This document shows, in pieces, positions 50,401 to 59,150 of a DNA stretch of 64,000 bases (within the stretch, counting starts at the first letter, position 1; every line of letters begins with the position of its first letter). The stretch is taken from IMG/VR virus record IMGVR_UViG_3300025570_000010; one strand, given 5' to 3'. This stretch comes from an uncultured virus (IMG/VR IMGVR_UViG_3300025570_000010) (Duplodnaviria > Heunggongvirae > Uroviricota > Caudoviricetes > Schitoviridae). A model generated the notes under the pieces. The model did no database searches. It saw only the letters and a list, made by a program, of their open reading frames with translations, and had not been told where the DNA came from. The position numbers were made by a program, and so were the translations under genes.

Positions 50401-52472
50401 CTGACTTCATGAATGGCAAAGGTCCGGGACACCAACTGTGGCGGAATGCTCATGCAATCAACACTCTGGCTGGTGAGTTCAAGCCTCCGATGACTGAGGA
50501 GATTGATCGTCTGGTTTCCTTCTATGCCATGAAGGGATCGGATCCTCAGATGCGTCAAGAGATTGCTCGCATGTATGAGAATGATCCTGTGGCAATGCAG
50601 AACCTCGCTGTCTACATGAGAGCATTGAACAAGGAAGAAGACTCAAAAGTCGTTTCAGAAGAAGCACTTATGAATGGTTTCAAAGGTTATGTCCCAGATC
50701 TGGGTCAGCCGGGAACCAAGATGATCATCGCCAAAGACGAAGACAAACGCGACCTTGAGAAGAAAGGGTACAAGCGTGTTGCTGATGCTTGGGCTGATGA
50801 TGGGTTTTCTTCTGTGAACCGTGGGTACTACATCACTTCGACCAAACAGACTGGCACCTACTCCCAGGGGGTGATGCAGATTATTCAGGACACATACCGG
50901 GGTGTGGATGCCACATCTGGTCTAAGTGTGAGCGGGATGACCTCTGGGGTTATCACGGGGGCTGCTGTGGTCTCTGTGACCAACTGGCTCAACAGCCTGA
51001 CATCTGGTCTGGCTGACAACAAGGAAGCCTTCCTGCCTGTCTACTCGACGGATGGGGTGCTTCACTATGAGCGGTTCATCAACCCTGATCTTCTGGAGAA
51101 ATACACAGCTCCGAAGAACAACCTCGCTCTGATGCTGGGTGCTTGGGCTGGTCGTCAGGTGGAAGAGAAGATTGCTCAGAAGTACAATGCTGCTCTGATC
51201 GACCAACTGAAAACCACATATGATGAGCGTGATGAGGGGGATGACAATCAGTTCATCAACCTGCCAGAGATGGCCAAAGCTCAGAAACTGTGGGATGAAG
51301 CCACTGTCGCTGAACGTCGGAACATGAAAAAGCCGGACCCTGTCTATGTGGAAAGCTGGAAGGTGATTTCACCTCAGACCAAGCGTTACATCGAAGAAGT
51401 GTTTGGCAAAGATACGTTCATGGTTCGCAAGGACCAGATGAACATCGCTCTAGGTTACCGTGATCCATCGGTCATTGATCTGTGGACTGGGAACACTCGT
51501 GTACCTGATGGGATGCGTGAGGGCGTACAGGCGATCACTGGACTGGTAATGGGTGATGCAGCCATGAAGAACCTTGCCTTCGCTGAGAAGGGTGTTCAGG
51601 GGCTGGTATCCACTGCCAAGGATCTGATCGTGGTTCGTTCTCTGGTGGTTCCATACATGAACACCCAAGCAAACGTGGTACAGCTCTCCACTCGTGGTGT
51701 TCCTTTGAAGGAACAACTGAAGGGGTACAAGAACAAGTTGGCTGAGATTGAGAAGTTCAACCTCAACTCGAAAGAGCTAATGCGTCTGGATACTCGGATC
51801 CAATTGGCTGGAGCGGATACGAACAAGATCCGTATCCTTCAGAGCCAGAAGCAGGTGATCATGGGTGAGAACGCTCGTATGAGTGTTGCCCCTCTGATCA
51901 AAGCTGGTGCCTACAAGAACATCTCTGAGGGACTCTCGGATATGGATGTGGAAATCACTGGTGGTCGTCTGGGGGATTGGGTTGAGAAGAAGATCGACAG
52001 CATTCCAAATGCTGGTGTCCGGACCATCGCTAAGTATGGGATCCTCTCGAAGGACACTGCCATCTACAAGGGAGCCAATAAGGCTGTGCAGTATGGGGAT
52101 TTCCTTGCAAAGGCGATCTACTACGATCACCTGATGTCAAAAGGTCTGAGCCACGATGATGCAATGAAATTGGTGAACGAAGAGTTCGTGAACTTCTCTG
52201 TTTTGCCGGGTCGTACTCGTCAGTATCTCGAAGGAGTTGGAGCAACTTGGTTCCTCGCATTCAAGATCCGGATCATGAAGATTGCCATGAACCAGATCCG
52301 TGAGAACCCAGCTCGCTCTCTGATCTTGGGTGCAACGATTGCTGATTACGGTTCACCACAGGCTGACAACCTTGCATCGGTCATTGTTGATGAGCGGATC
52401 GGCTATCCCCTGGGATGGGACATGCTGTTCAACTCACCAGGATTGAACCCATGGGTGAATTTGACTGAATAA
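41487..52472 (+). CDS. Virion-encapsidated RNA polymerase (N4 gp50-like vRNAP)
   Basis: 3661 aa; SRVGR, ELDGKTDG (motif A), RNASKNPMTKTVYG (motif B), VFDG (motif C); no Cys seen by eye. Confidence 0.96.
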   Translation: MANEYTPVFDQEMARKMVVAANEGNELANTEFAQDIQTAPYGYLVNKYGQEVADNRRLYTQERAAVAQIENADRSNAQVVGDTGLAVASGLVNAVGSLGSLTLAAAGETDQYFDEENDGFSRAGVWVSEKTQQATQWIKSFQSDELQDRQGLSGVERQLDAQDNLDQFNRETNNGEDASFIDDLTWVGRGTLNNLGRVGSNAAIAGDVIAEGLGSLGPSAKLASVASGLVTRTATYNAAKIANAIAPTQGTKFLAMGAEGVNRAAIASAVGVSEAAGVYSQTVNEVLGMKHGELMETSEEYATMVGQGVDPDDAKTTLAANAGIDAFKTSFPMAASLGIIAGRFEAMPIKSFRGSGFIGGLRQVGAQTLEEGGQGASGQLATNLAIRDTGVDPNRTPGEGVDEALATGMIAGTGMAGVLAAPSALGEAPRKITETTKAVVNSPAIKGAVSAVGSAVTAGGSALDAAAKNLENSPQAMAALRGVRAAGAKVTEKVTPVADAVVNQAKDFNTRPDRDAQSKTLAALSEITELSVVELTTKIDGNQSDKELNLELARKSAVQSIARNEASGSVPSTFSNTTTGNTTLARVGGIISKLSEKGVRINKMSDSDVLYAASEIQNLRSSITNLPTAMRAKVKDIIASEDFKNIQKRVTRIDLMKTQDETKAVTDDMVTETKLVAAVNPANINPVVAGKILEQNDRTDVTPQDIQNLKTAKRIGEAITSRSEAYVEAQKKEVVELSVKPEYREGKKQTKPVDLVEAISRNIFLGSGDTRAPSVGQFASQIMQGAQNPDGTVEIDGIPTDVNAVTDHFTNFAQHMINKVDALNRSFANRDANGNGTAESFDNLGPNRKIRPGRTENGAVQGKAVTYQGASPGGIRFADEMYADAVAAVEVYNALVEAFPERFPAGVLSVPDFAPNATQSPLSDTSDPQTDVAEVETEAAPTAVEEVSAPAETDEQDAEVTPPTLAEMMAAETRTKDDFSAMSYEDLIESANRWFVEEEGMGLEAMPEARQTVIKEYTDSIIAYFNLPTNLVTGITWLRTPDAGHMGQAMWGERLIAMRAGAVRSLLGPNDTEGFRTAEHTVFHELMHIIDAYASNDVTRPVSHSSKLFDTITGEEGAIYKEVVAAVDSDPEMKTHFDYALSYNNIDTLDALASEIFAEIGALYLRNTDLAREKFPEGVKYVENIIEQAGGTIVGEATDGSATQESSGEENVSTKTSVADKTFDNVSPQFNESFLKRKGEFSYADGDGILAMVEAQPGTKNYVEFVRLYKDRVIAEANNRLATLKVNKSKKDELPIKDRIIAGDEEVGLYRRNKNTIAVDRTTGEYDPDLLSIAAVAVLDWLTGARSQNIKNLDETLEDMNLTYDMVTDDQINTIMNGINPRDAAETLAKDIVRMWGLRINPAAPMVDARGAAEGMAKELLEALLTVSEQEVAANRQALIGRKIVPYVDPENAEAQRQEMIAKAEADEIDPNTVIFKVKPVDQIIFDTSVMREFQQAIGLTGQEASKKMLAPELDTMPSIGAPARSIDNTQSRGDVKLSRREKKTLERMQNQGHGLNVEFSGMVDVVGQEVLAKFLGEKDFSELSDRHPVRASIAGKNLSIERDFQEAMSVINGVKNAGFTVNGGLPQVFYRVGISRVGRHQFKGINPQNNKILRALVTPTKSLLNMDKKRHKDAFWLTVAQAADISGFNKVENQHHKYLLENIQREFYAKYGEAVEMIGEHLEGRDLDGAALVEAMGGTGEMQQLAAVFAVAQLEKALLDGTQGAFETTLSFELDGKTDGPGNMMANFGQGILTEQDFMNFKRVGFFLGTKNMTLNKFFGNGTERDLYEVTSLKGQMALHNAIANGSFTDKAKFHAIANLASAFGDLKIENGQFVLTRNASKNPMTKTVYGSSERGIGVGLAQDMMLKMYQALIDNPDGIVDYPGGKEGFEADFSTAFGMKFPTGRNWKKDYLGQNEVDNFTKAVTQTLGKVLSDTAKEVIGDEITKVNDTLVLMTAFQTEFLTAKFRELLDAKVAERVADGSIKVNERTGVPDRSSLTQADYDAVVAQIRAYSPTYANGMQTLDIGSLGATNSGIRLSESMTGTFQAPSTMVSPELAGVKVIPYITQGRGDAMMMNWIYGGETAPENTLQVFDGIDMPIDKIFEYAQQINSAVLQNWEADVIGDIVNDVTGFLEKTTNDGDLLLNAWTRAFESAQKKKTTATAKTPQALIGDVNEMQRRNQARKAVFKRIGVSVDHMGGSDTAFTQGPDGRDYTLGEINDMIRKELGERAPQNQNDQTVDPDGSIDGEFTEINLDAFQIEDQRAPVEGEFSKLVVTDAATVMDSLLRETRNKPVAAAVRILQKANLQTRIVIGSPEEVSQWYSDNIGEMDGGLKQDKKGIYDPVNDVMLITDNNHETMVHELIHAATFKIVEAFYNGDQTHKDTIGRLEVLNQEFLDMDFSNAPQSVQDSANSAKSQILSLQVEDTAFSKAAALNEMMAWTLSNEGLMKELGQKQTSLMARMTKVLKALMQRLLGGVKSDMLSNIQFNTELLIIPSETLALPAPVEDTLDELTPGAQKMTNFWIDLAEQRLDEAVKSTGRVSEKVTQISDYRKNAQSAIDTLTFGGFTLSAYQRETFKAIHMVLAMEMRLNPQSAAALNDMFKHVTDNLTPAMFGPTNEQDRYSAVMEIFGETKNDEGVSDAIAVLLALSQTSRGFRAAIDQLSVPESIQGISNDSVNDFLSSLTGMLLNKAIGSIDLNGQSVSETLDQLSESILLEASEKEFRILSGLMNNINKADDWGKGAFKKLAGFTEAVNDELRASNRSQLTKLTFGAVTAATAFMDQERADIQAQALKRVTHMGTNLDFAVFAREFVAEVIGTDQTNAKITSMLDEVTFNASAVRQNYREDLPVMFQNEFENHPDAAQWRAAHKVLGKTDFAMVYDQDRPNTSFEYFKDENLIDDEILVHEAAIRANFSAPIANVILEKSQQLADFMNGKGPGHQLWRNAHAINTLAGEFKPPMTEEIDRLVSFYAMKGSDPQMRQEIARMYENDPVAMQNLAVYMRALNKEEDSKVVSEEALMNGFKGYVPDLGQPGTKMIIAKDEDKRDLEKKGYKRVADAWADDGFSSVNRGYYITSTKQTGTYSQGVMQIIQDTYRGVDATSGLSVSGMTSGVITGAAVVSVTNWLNSLTSGLADNKEAFLPVYSTDGVLHYERFINPDLLEKYTAPKNNLALMLGAWAGRQVEEKIAQKYNAALIDQLKTTYDERDEGDDNQFINLPEMAKAQKLWDEATVAERRNMKKPDPVYVESWKVISPQTKRYIEEVFGKDTFMVRKDQMNIALGYRDPSVIDLWTGNTRVPDGMREGVQAITGLVMGDAAMKNLAFAEKGVQGLVSTAKDLIVVRSLVVPYMNTQANVVQLSTRGVPLKEQLKGYKNKLAEIEKFNLNSKELMRLDTRIQLAGADTNKIRILQSQKQVIMGENARMSVAPLIKAGAYKNISEGLSDMDVEITGGRLGDWVEKKIDSIPNAGVRTIAKYGILSKDTAIYKGANKAVQYGDFLAKAIYYDHLMSKGLSHDDAMKLVNEEFVNFSVLPGRTRQYLEGVGATWFLAFKIRIMKIAMNQIRENPARSLILGATIADYGSPQADNLASVIVDERIGYPLGWDMLFNSPGLNPWVNLTE

Positions 52473-52508
52473 AAAAAGACCCCTCCGGAGCTGTCCGGAG
52501 GGGTCTTG
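52471..52508. terminator. Bidirectional terminator between late and replication modules
   Basis: AAGACCCCTCCGGA/TCCGGAGGGGTCTT stem with A7 flank. Confidence 0.85.
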
Positions 52509-52514
52509 ATTGTG

Positions 52515-52697
52515 TCAGTCTGGAGCGTCTTTCTCGAAGTCCTTGGTGATGAACCATACTCCCCACAACCCCGTGAAAATCATGAGAAGAGGCATCAGTA
52601 CAGCAAGGATTGCTCCGAGAATTATGCCCGCTACCATTATGGTGACTGACAACAAACCAAAGAGAAGGGTTAGGCCGATGGCCTTCCACCTACTCAT
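52515..52697 (-). CDS. Small membrane protein
   Basis: 60 aa hydrophobic ORF with ATGA coupling. Confidence 0.65.
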   Translation of the reverse strand: MSRWKAIGLTLLFGLLSVTIMVAGIILGAILAVLMPLLMIFTGLWGVWFITKDFEKDAPD

Positions 52698-53566
52698 TGA
52701 TCAAAGATAGACGACTTCTTCACCTTGGAGGCTGGAGCGTCTTCAACTTCTTCGGGGGAATCACTCTCGGAGGATTCTGGTTCCTCGTCCCCGAAAAGGT
52801 TTTTTGACGAGGACTTCCCGGTTTCGGTCTTGGTATCGGCTTTGTCAACCGGTGCTTCTTCTTCTGCTGGTTCAGCATCTCCTGCGCCATCGCCAGCATC
52901 GCTGTCTTTACCAGATACGTCCACATCTTCTGCTGGCTCCTTAGGTTTGTTCTTGGAACCGGGTTGGCGACCACCACGACGTGTCTTCGGTTTCGCCTTG
53001 GCTTCGCCCATTAGAACTTCAGCCGAGATGTTGCCATCGTCATCGGAAGTCAGATCGACACCAGTGACACCGGTCAGCCCAAGTGTTGCCACGAAGGTTT
53101 CGAGTGCTTTCTGGATTTCGTCTTCATCGAGAAGGATACGCATGGCGTTCCCCTTTCTTGGTTCAATTTCAGTTATCGTCACGAGGACGTGTTCTTCGGT
53201 GGTGTGTCCACCAAAACCAAAAGAGACATCGTCGAGGAACTTCCAATTATCGTCTTCGATGATCCCAGCTTCTTGCAGGGTATCGGAGAAGAATTTGTCC
53301 ACAATGGAACAGACGTTCGCTATGTCGTACTCTCTCTTGGTCTTGGTAAACACTTGATACCTAAGACGGATTCTCCCCAGTGGGGGAATCTTGGCATCAC
53401 GCAACAGTCTTTTACCGTGGTCATGGAACCTGTGTTTCAAGGCTGTCAGACTCCGGTAATGGAGATTGCGATAGACGTTGAGGTTGAGAGCAGTCACCTT
53501 CTTGCTTGAGGTACGAAACCTCATTGGCAATTTCAGTTGGTACTCTCGTTGGGTCGGTAGAGTCAT
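52694..53566 (-). CDS. RusA-like Holliday junction resolvase with acidic C-terminal extension
   Basis: LNLNVYRN, DIANVCSIVDKFFSDTL...IIEDDN. Confidence 0.72.
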   Translation of the reverse strand: MTLPTQREYQLKLPMRFRTSSKKVTALNLNVYRNLHYRSLTALKHRFHDHGKRLLRDAKIPPLGRIRLRYQVFTKTKREYDIANVCSIVDKFFSDTLQEAGIIEDDNWKFLDDVSFGFGGHTTEEHVLVTITEIEPRKGNAMRILLDEDEIQKALETFVATLGLTGVTGVDLTSDDDGNISAEVLMGEAKAKPKTRRGGRQPGSKNKPKEPAEDVDVSGKDSDAGDGAGDAEPAEEEAPVDKADTKTETGKSSSKNLFGDEEPESSESDSPEEVEDAPASKVKKSSIFDQ

Positions 53567-53591
53567 CGCAATCTCCTACGTTTGACGGTGA

Positions 53592-54410
53592 TTAGTCGTC
53601 AAACAGCGAGGTCTTGGCTTTCGCCTTTTCCCCACCACCGGATCCGCCTTTGAAGGACTTGCCTTCAGCGGAACCTTTGCCAGTGGACTTGTCGTAGGTC
53701 TGGCCTTTGTTGCGTTCCAGCCACTTCTCAGCGTAGTTCGACTGAGACTCGTCCATCTTGTCGATGGCCTTCTGGAGATCACCAGCGTCCAGAACATCAT
53801 CAAAGTTCCCACCAAGTCCACGGATGAACTCTGCAACGTCGCTGATCGTGACCAGCTTGTCTGCGGGGAAGAACTTGATGATCTCGTTCTGATCACGAGT
53901 TTCACCAGTCGGCTCGTACTTGCCGGTGTTCTGATCCAGAGCGGTCTTGTCCACCGTCTGACGCTGGAGAGCGATCTGAATCTTCTCACCGTGCAGCTCC
54001 GAGAAGCAGTCAACTGCCTGTGGCAGTTCTTTCTTCGCGTCGAAGTCGTACAGCTTCACTGTCAATTCTTCGACATCCATCGCGCCCATCTCTTTCGAGC
54101 AGACGAGCATACAGAGCGAATTGATCTGGTTGAAGCCAGGAAGGTTCTTGTCTTCACCGGTCTTCTTGTCCTTGTACGTCACGTCGCCGTTCCGGTTGGA
54201 CACCCAGATTTGCTGGCGGACTTCACGTCCGTTGACATCCAGCAAAAGGTTGACACTGCGTGCTTCGGAAGCCGAGGCTTTGCCGATGTACGCAGTTTTG
54301 ATGGTGGCGGTATAGATGTCAGTATCCAACGCGCCTCCGCCACCGAGGAAGTCGTCTTCGACTTTATCAGGTGCGGCTTTTTTTCCTGCGAAAATGTTGC
54401 TCATTAGCAT
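53592..54410 (-). CDS. Single-stranded DNA-binding protein (N4 gp45-like)
   Basis: DFLGGGG, LPGFNQINSL, C-terminal SLFDD; synteny. Confidence 0.82.
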   Translation of the reverse strand: MLMSNIFAGKKAAPDKVEDDFLGGGGALDTDIYTATIKTAYIGKASASEARSVNLLLDVNGREVRQQIWVSNRNGDVTYKDKKTGEDKNLPGFNQINSLCMLVCSKEMGAMDVEELTVKLYDFDAKKELPQAVDCFSELHGEKIQIALQRQTVDKTALDQNTGKYEPTGETRDQNEIIKFFPADKLVTISDVAEFIRGLGGNFDDVLDAGDLQKAIDKMDESQSNYAEKWLERNKGQTYDKSTGKGSAEGKSFKGGSGGGEKAKAKTSLFDD

Positions 54411-54455
54411 GTCTCTTTCATTTCAGGGTTTCAATTCTGGTTTGTTTTTCGGCGT

Positions 54456-55190
54456 TCATTCCGCGTAGTATTCAACCAGTCGGTCGATCACGAGCTGTGC
54501 GTCGTTCTCGATGAATGTCTCGTCATCAGAGAACAAACCGAAGGGAGAGCGTAGCCTGTCTCCCACTGTGGCTCGTGTAGTCCGGGTCTGGAACACATGC
54601 TTATAGCCCATGTCCTGGTCCCGTTCGGAGATCGTCAGCAGTTTGCCTGGTTGAGCATCCTTGTTGATCTCCTTGATCGTAGCCTTCTTGGCTCCAATCA
54701 CAGTCGTGAAGTAAGCCTCAAGACCGTTCTTCTTCAACGCACCTTTGACAGGCACGGTGTAAGAAAATTTGCCAGTGTTCTCATCGAGTTGAGCGTCGAT
54801 GTGACCCAGCATGATTGTGTAGCCAGGAAACTTGGCCACATATTCATACATGAGAGTCTTGAAGAACTGACCGTATGCACCCCACTGCTGCATGGTATTG
54901 GCTGAACCAATGACATGAACAGACTCGAAGCGATCCATCATGAAGCTGATGGTATCGACAACGATGGTATGGAACCGTCCAGGGTTGTCGATGACTTGCT
55001 GGTAGAGATCAAAGATCTCTTCAGGGTCGTCAATCGTCACCCGCTTGAACTTGTTCTTGAAGGGTAGCGGTTTGCCACCCTCACAGTTGATGTAGAGAAC
55101 ACCCTCACCACCACGGAGGTTCCGGAGACAGGATGATTTACCTGCCCCAGACTCTCCTGCGATGAGGATCGACTTTGGATTTTCGGACAT
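54456..55190 (-). CDS. AAA/Sak4-like NTPase (N4 gp44-like)
   Basis: GESGAGKS, IVVDT, VPVKGALK, RSPFGLF. Confidence 0.82.
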   Translation of the reverse strand: MSENPKSILIAGESGAGKSSCLRNLRGGEGVLYINCEGGKPLPFKNKFKRVTIDDPEEIFDLYQQVIDNPGRFHTIVVDTISFMMDRFESVHVIGSANTMQQWGAYGQFFKTLMYEYVAKFPGYTIMLGHIDAQLDENTGKFSYTVPVKGALKKNGLEAYFTTVIGAKKATIKEINKDAQPGKLLTISERDQDMGYKHVFQTRTTRATVGDRLRSPFGLFSDDETFIENDAQLVIDRLVEYYAE

Positions 55191-55205
55191 TGCTGTCTCC
55201 TTGGT

Positions 55206-57401
55206 TTAGGTCATCTTTGCAGCGACCGATTTCAGAATAGTCAACTCGACCTCGTCCTTTTTCAGGGGACTTGGCGACTGCTCATTGAGCGTGTTGACCT
55301 TGCCTTTGATCACATCGTAGCTGGCCCCTGCATCCTTCAGCATCATTGCAAAATTGAGCAGGTTGTTGTTTCTATTCCCAACTTCCATGTTGTTCAAGAA
55401 CCAACGTTCGAGGTGATCCAAACGTCCCAGATCAGCTACCTGTGCGGTGTACTCACTGTTCTGTTTGGTTTTCGGAATGAACGGCAACACGTTGACGAGG
55501 TTCGGGCCTTTGTGAACAAAGACTTGCGAATTCTCATGTGTCATCCATTTCTTGGACCGCTGGTTTGCGGACCCATCTGACTTGAATGGCAGCCAAAGAA
55601 GGAAGCTATCCACGAAGTCCCGATAGTCTGCTTTGTCCAGCTTCAGATTATAGTTTGCTGGCATGATCAGACGGAACCGGTGCTCTTCGTCAGTGTGACG
55701 TTTGGTTGTTGCGGTCGTGAACGTGTAGTCCTTCATCAGCTCATGGAGAGCCTCAAGACGGATGCCGTAGCTCAGGATCTTTCCATCCTTATCACGCTCA
55801 TGACCATCAATATCCACCACAAGACAATTGAAACCTTCGATGACATTGTCTTCCGACCGGTGCTCTTTGTCGAAGTGGTGGTTACACCAATGCATCCCCG
55901 GTGCAGCCAACAGCTTTGGAAGGCTGTCGAATGGTTTCTGCATTGGAGAATAGTCGGAAGCGAAGTGATCAGAGAAGCTGAAGCTGATCTTGTTCAGATC
56001 GGTCTCCTCTAGGGTTGAACCAGTGAAGAAATCAACTCCGCTGATCACGTTCTTCTTGATGACAACGTGGTTGCCCACGCCCCATGCCATTGCGAGATCC
56101 ATAATCTCCCGACGAGGTGTCGTGGAGGATGGATAATATGGCAGATCTTCAACCAGATCAGCATGGGTCAAGGTCACGCCTGACTCAGCGATATACTTCG
56201 CCAGACGAACGAAATTCCGTTCCCTCTTGAGAAGGGTCTGGAACGATGCTCCACTTTCTTCAGCAACCTTGAATGCCTGCCGGAGGTTCTTCTTGGTGAT
56301 GTCCGAGGACTCGTCCAAGAAGGCATAGATTCCAGCGAGCTTGAGGGCTTTGAAGTACCGGTGAGACAGTTCAGCCTTCCGGACAACCTCGTGCTCAGGC
56401 AGAGAGTTGGCTACCGTTTCACAGTAGAGACGATAGGAGATCAGTTCGACACCAACCTCCTTTGGCACGTCGATCTTCAGATTGAAGAAACGAGTGTCAG
56501 CGAACTTGGCCAGTTTTTGCTTCCAGTTTAGGAGAGCCTGTGACCGGTTCTTGGACACCAACCCGTTGTAAACATCTTCAGGGTTGATGGTGGGAGAGAA
56601 AGTTTCAGGCTTCCCCATCCCGAAGAAACACCTCCGAGCGTACCCAGTCTCAAGGAAGGAATAGAACTCCTCCTCAGTCTTGGATCCGTCGAAGAGTTTC
56701 GACGTGGTTCCGAACATGAGCATGTTGGCAGGGGTTGCCCCGACCAAATCAATACCCCGCTCGTTGTCCGTGGTGTTCTTCACCAGTTTGGTTTTGATCC
56801 GGCCTAAGTCGTATAGCTCAAGGAGGATGTTGATCACCTCCGTGTTGCCTATGATATTGGAACCGATCTCATCCATTTGGAAATTGATTGAACCAGCACG
56901 AGCAAGGAGCAGCTTGTAACGTAGCTGCTTCACCGCTGGGCCAGTACCGGAGTCAAAGATGAAAGGAGCATGCCCCTGACGCTTAAAATCAGCCTCCAGG
57001 AGCTTCTTCTCATCATCTTCGCTTCCGGACTTTGCAGCAGCAATGTCTACAGCCAGATCATAGATCGAGGCTTCGGCAATTGCAGGAAAGACATGACCCG
57101 TGAAGATCTGCCGAAAGTCAGAAATGACATCTTCCATCAAGGACACAGAGTGACCTTTACCAAAGCCTGACGTTGCCAGAGCAATGGAATAGATATTGAT
57201 TGGGATGTTCCCACGTTCCGGGCTGACAATCGTCGCTCGCATGGAGCTTGGAATCAGACTCAGAAAGTAGGCAACTTCAGCCTGGAAGAAGTCACGGTTG
57301 ACGTTTCCTGTGCGGTGGCACAACAGATCAACCAGCTCCGACATGGCCGGGTGATGAGATTCTTTCTCAATCACACTGAGGTCATAGAGTGGTTTTGACA
57401 C
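55206..57401 (-). CDS. DNA primase (N4 gp43-like)
   Basis: SGFGKGHS, MDEIGSN, VVDIDG, HRFRLI, C-terminal GNRNNNLL (PriCT-like). Confidence 0.82.
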   Translation of the reverse strand: MSKPLYDLSVIEKESHHPAMSELVDLLCHRTGNVNRDFFQAEVAYFLSLIPSSMRATIVSPERGNIPINIYSIALATSGFGKGHSVSLMEDVISDFRQIFTGHVFPAIAEASIYDLAVDIAAAKSGSEDDEKKLLEADFKRQGHAPFIFDSGTGPAVKQLRYKLLLARAGSINFQMDEIGSNIIGNTEVINILLELYDLGRIKTKLVKNTTDNERGIDLVGATPANMLMFGTTSKLFDGSKTEEEFYSFLETGYARRCFFGMGKPETFSPTINPEDVYNGLVSKNRSQALLNWKQKLAKFADTRFFNLKIDVPKEVGVELISYRLYCETVANSLPEHEVVRKAELSHRYFKALKLAGIYAFLDESSDITKKNLRQAFKVAEESGASFQTLLKRERNFVRLAKYIAESGVTLTHADLVEDLPYYPSSTTPRREIMDLAMAWGVGNHVVIKKNVISGVDFFTGSTLEETDLNKISFSFSDHFASDYSPMQKPFDSLPKLLAAPGMHWCNHHFDKEHRSEDNVIEGFNCLVVDIDGHERDKDGKILSYGIRLEALHELMKDYTFTTATTKRHTDEEHRFRLIMPANYNLKLDKADYRDFVDSFLLWLPFKSDGSANQRSKKWMTHENSQVFVHKGPNLVNVLPFIPKTKQNSEYTAQVADLGRLDHLERWFLNNMEVGNRNNNLLNFAMMLKDAGASYDVIKGKVNTLNEQSPSPLKKDEVELTILKSVAAKMT

Positions 57402-57412
57402 GGGGTGTCTCC

Positions 57413-58411
57413 TTATGTTCGACTTCCATCGTCGTGGAAGTAGTTTTTGCGTTGTTCACAAACCGAAAAAGCAGGACAGTATGGACATGCCTTGACTTCA
57501 CCAGGGACGGTGACGACTGCGCCTTTGCCTTTGTCCTTGAGCCAAAGCTGTGCATCAGCTTCATTGTCAAAGTTCTTCTGGCATTTACCACCGGCCTTGG
57601 CCGTTGATTCGTTGGCGTAGTATTTGTACTGAGGCTCGGACTGCCACAGTTCTTTGTCAGTGCATTGCACCATCTTCTCTTGGCTCAGACCAGCATTCTG
57701 AATGATGTGGTCGATCTTGCCATTGACCCAATCCTCTGTCTCTTTCAGGGACAGCAGAGCGAACTCCTTGTGGGGTGTCCGGATCTGAGGGTATTTGGGA
57801 TCAGCGGTGCGATACTTGACCCAGTCTGTGAAGATGAATTGAATCCGCATCACATCATCTCGGATCAGGTCCGGCATGATCCAGCGATACATGGAACCCT
57901 GGAGAATGTAGTCTTCGTCTTTGTTCCCAGAAGTCCAAGCAAATGTGCTGGTGGATTTGAAATCCCGATAGGCTTGGCCGATCAGAAAGTCGAGCTGACC
58001 GGTGATGACCAGATCCCGGAATTGCTTGTAGCCACGGATCTCCAGATAGATAGGGATCTCGTCGTCTTTCAGCTTCTTGGGATCCGGATTGATCCGGATT
58101 TTGTCGATGACCTTCTGAGGGTAGTGCAGCTTACGCATGGCCAACTGCCAGTTACCTTCGGTCCAGGCACGCTCGATCGAGTCATGGAGACCATGACCCA
58201 TACGGGAAGCGATGATGTCTGAGAGATCCATCTCTTCCATGGTTTGATCAACCTTACGCTTGAGAATGAGCTGACGAGTCGGCTTCATCAAGGTGGTCAC
58301 AGAGATCAATTCCCCTGGAGGAGCTTCAGCAGCTCCAGATTTGTAACCGTCTTGCAGCAGCCAAACGGCCAAGGGCAAGTCGATCTTGTGATTATTGGTT
58401 ATTTTAACCAT
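57413..58411 (-). CDS. PD-(D/E)xK exonuclease-like protein (N4 gp42-like)
   Basis: ITGQLD...DFKSTS...LQGSMY; C-terminal CPYCPAFSVC. Confidence 0.78.
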   Translation of the reverse strand: MVKITNNHKIDLPLAVWLLQDGYKSGAAEAPPGELISVTTLMKPTRQLILKRKVDQTMEEMDLSDIIASRMGHGLHDSIERAWTEGNWQLAMRKLHYPQKVIDKIRINPDPKKLKDDEIPIYLEIRGYKQFRDLVITGQLDFLIGQAYRDFKSTSTFAWTSGNKDEDYILQGSMYRWIMPDLIRDDVMRIQFIFTDWVKYRTADPKYPQIRTPHKEFALLSLKETEDWVNGKIDHIIQNAGLSQEKMVQCTDKELWQSEPQYKYYANESTAKAGGKCQKNFDNEADAQLWLKDKGKGAVVTVPGEVKACPYCPAFSVCEQRKNYFHDDGSRT

Positions 58412-59150
58412 TGAGTTTCTCCAGGTGTTTGCCGATTGCTTTTTGGACATCGGCTATGGTTGCATTTGCAGGGATGGTCATCTCTTCCTTCCAGTTGGGA
58501 TAGAAGATCGACAGCTCCCCAGACATCTTGATGTGCTCATTTTGGATGGCAGGATCTTCTTGCCAACTCACGGCTTTCACCATGTGTTTGTTTGTGTAAA
58601 GCAAGACTTCCATGTCATCTCTGATGAGCATGTATCCAGCGTCATGGATCTGAGCACACGGTTTGATGTCCAAACGATGTGGTCCTTTTCGGACAGTAGA
58701 AAGGAACTCAGAACCGGCACGAGAATTCAACATGCAGTATGATTGTCCAAGGGCATTACCTGCTGTACGGCCCTCAGCGGCTGCCTCATACGGTGTCTTG
58801 CTGGTTCCCAGCACAACCTGCTTCAGCAGGGGAGTCCGCAATCTGAGACCAAAAGCAAGGGTGACGTAGCCATCCTTACAGGCTTGTTCCAATTTATCTG
58901 CAACCCACTTGTCAGAGACGTGGTACAGATTGTGATAGCTGGCTTCGATTGACTTAGCCAACTGCGAGGTGAAGCCACAGTTTGCCATCAGAGTCACATA
59001 CGTCCCCTGATAGGTGAGAGCAAAGGTGGGAGCCTTCGACTCTTGTCTCCAGTGGGGGTAGAGCTTCTTGATGGAGTTGACACGAGCGACGTTGTGTTCG
59101 CTCGCGTCTACTGTGGAGACAGACTCGACTACTCCATTCAGTTTAAGCAT
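58404..59150 (-). CDS. DNA polymerase family A, C-terminal part (motifs B and C)
   Basis: RQESKAPTFALTYQG; AQIHDA. Confidence 0.9.
   Translation of the reverse strand: MLKLNGVVESVSTVDASEHNVARVNSIKKLYPHWRQESKAPTFALTYQGTYVTLMANCGFTSQLAKSIEASYHNLYHVSDKWVADKLEQACKDGYVTLAFGLRLRTPLLKQVVLGTSKTPYEAAAEGRTAGNALGQSYCMLNSRAGSEFLSTVRKGPHRLDIKPCAQIHDAGYMLIRDDMEVLLYTNKHMVKAVSWQEDPAIQNEHIKMSGELSIFYPNWKEEMTIPANATIADVQKAIGKHLEKLNG

Noticed and set aside
57413..58411. Cas4 / CRISPR link for the Cys-containing nuclease
   Set aside because: Core N4-like replication gene by synteny; no array or other cas genes
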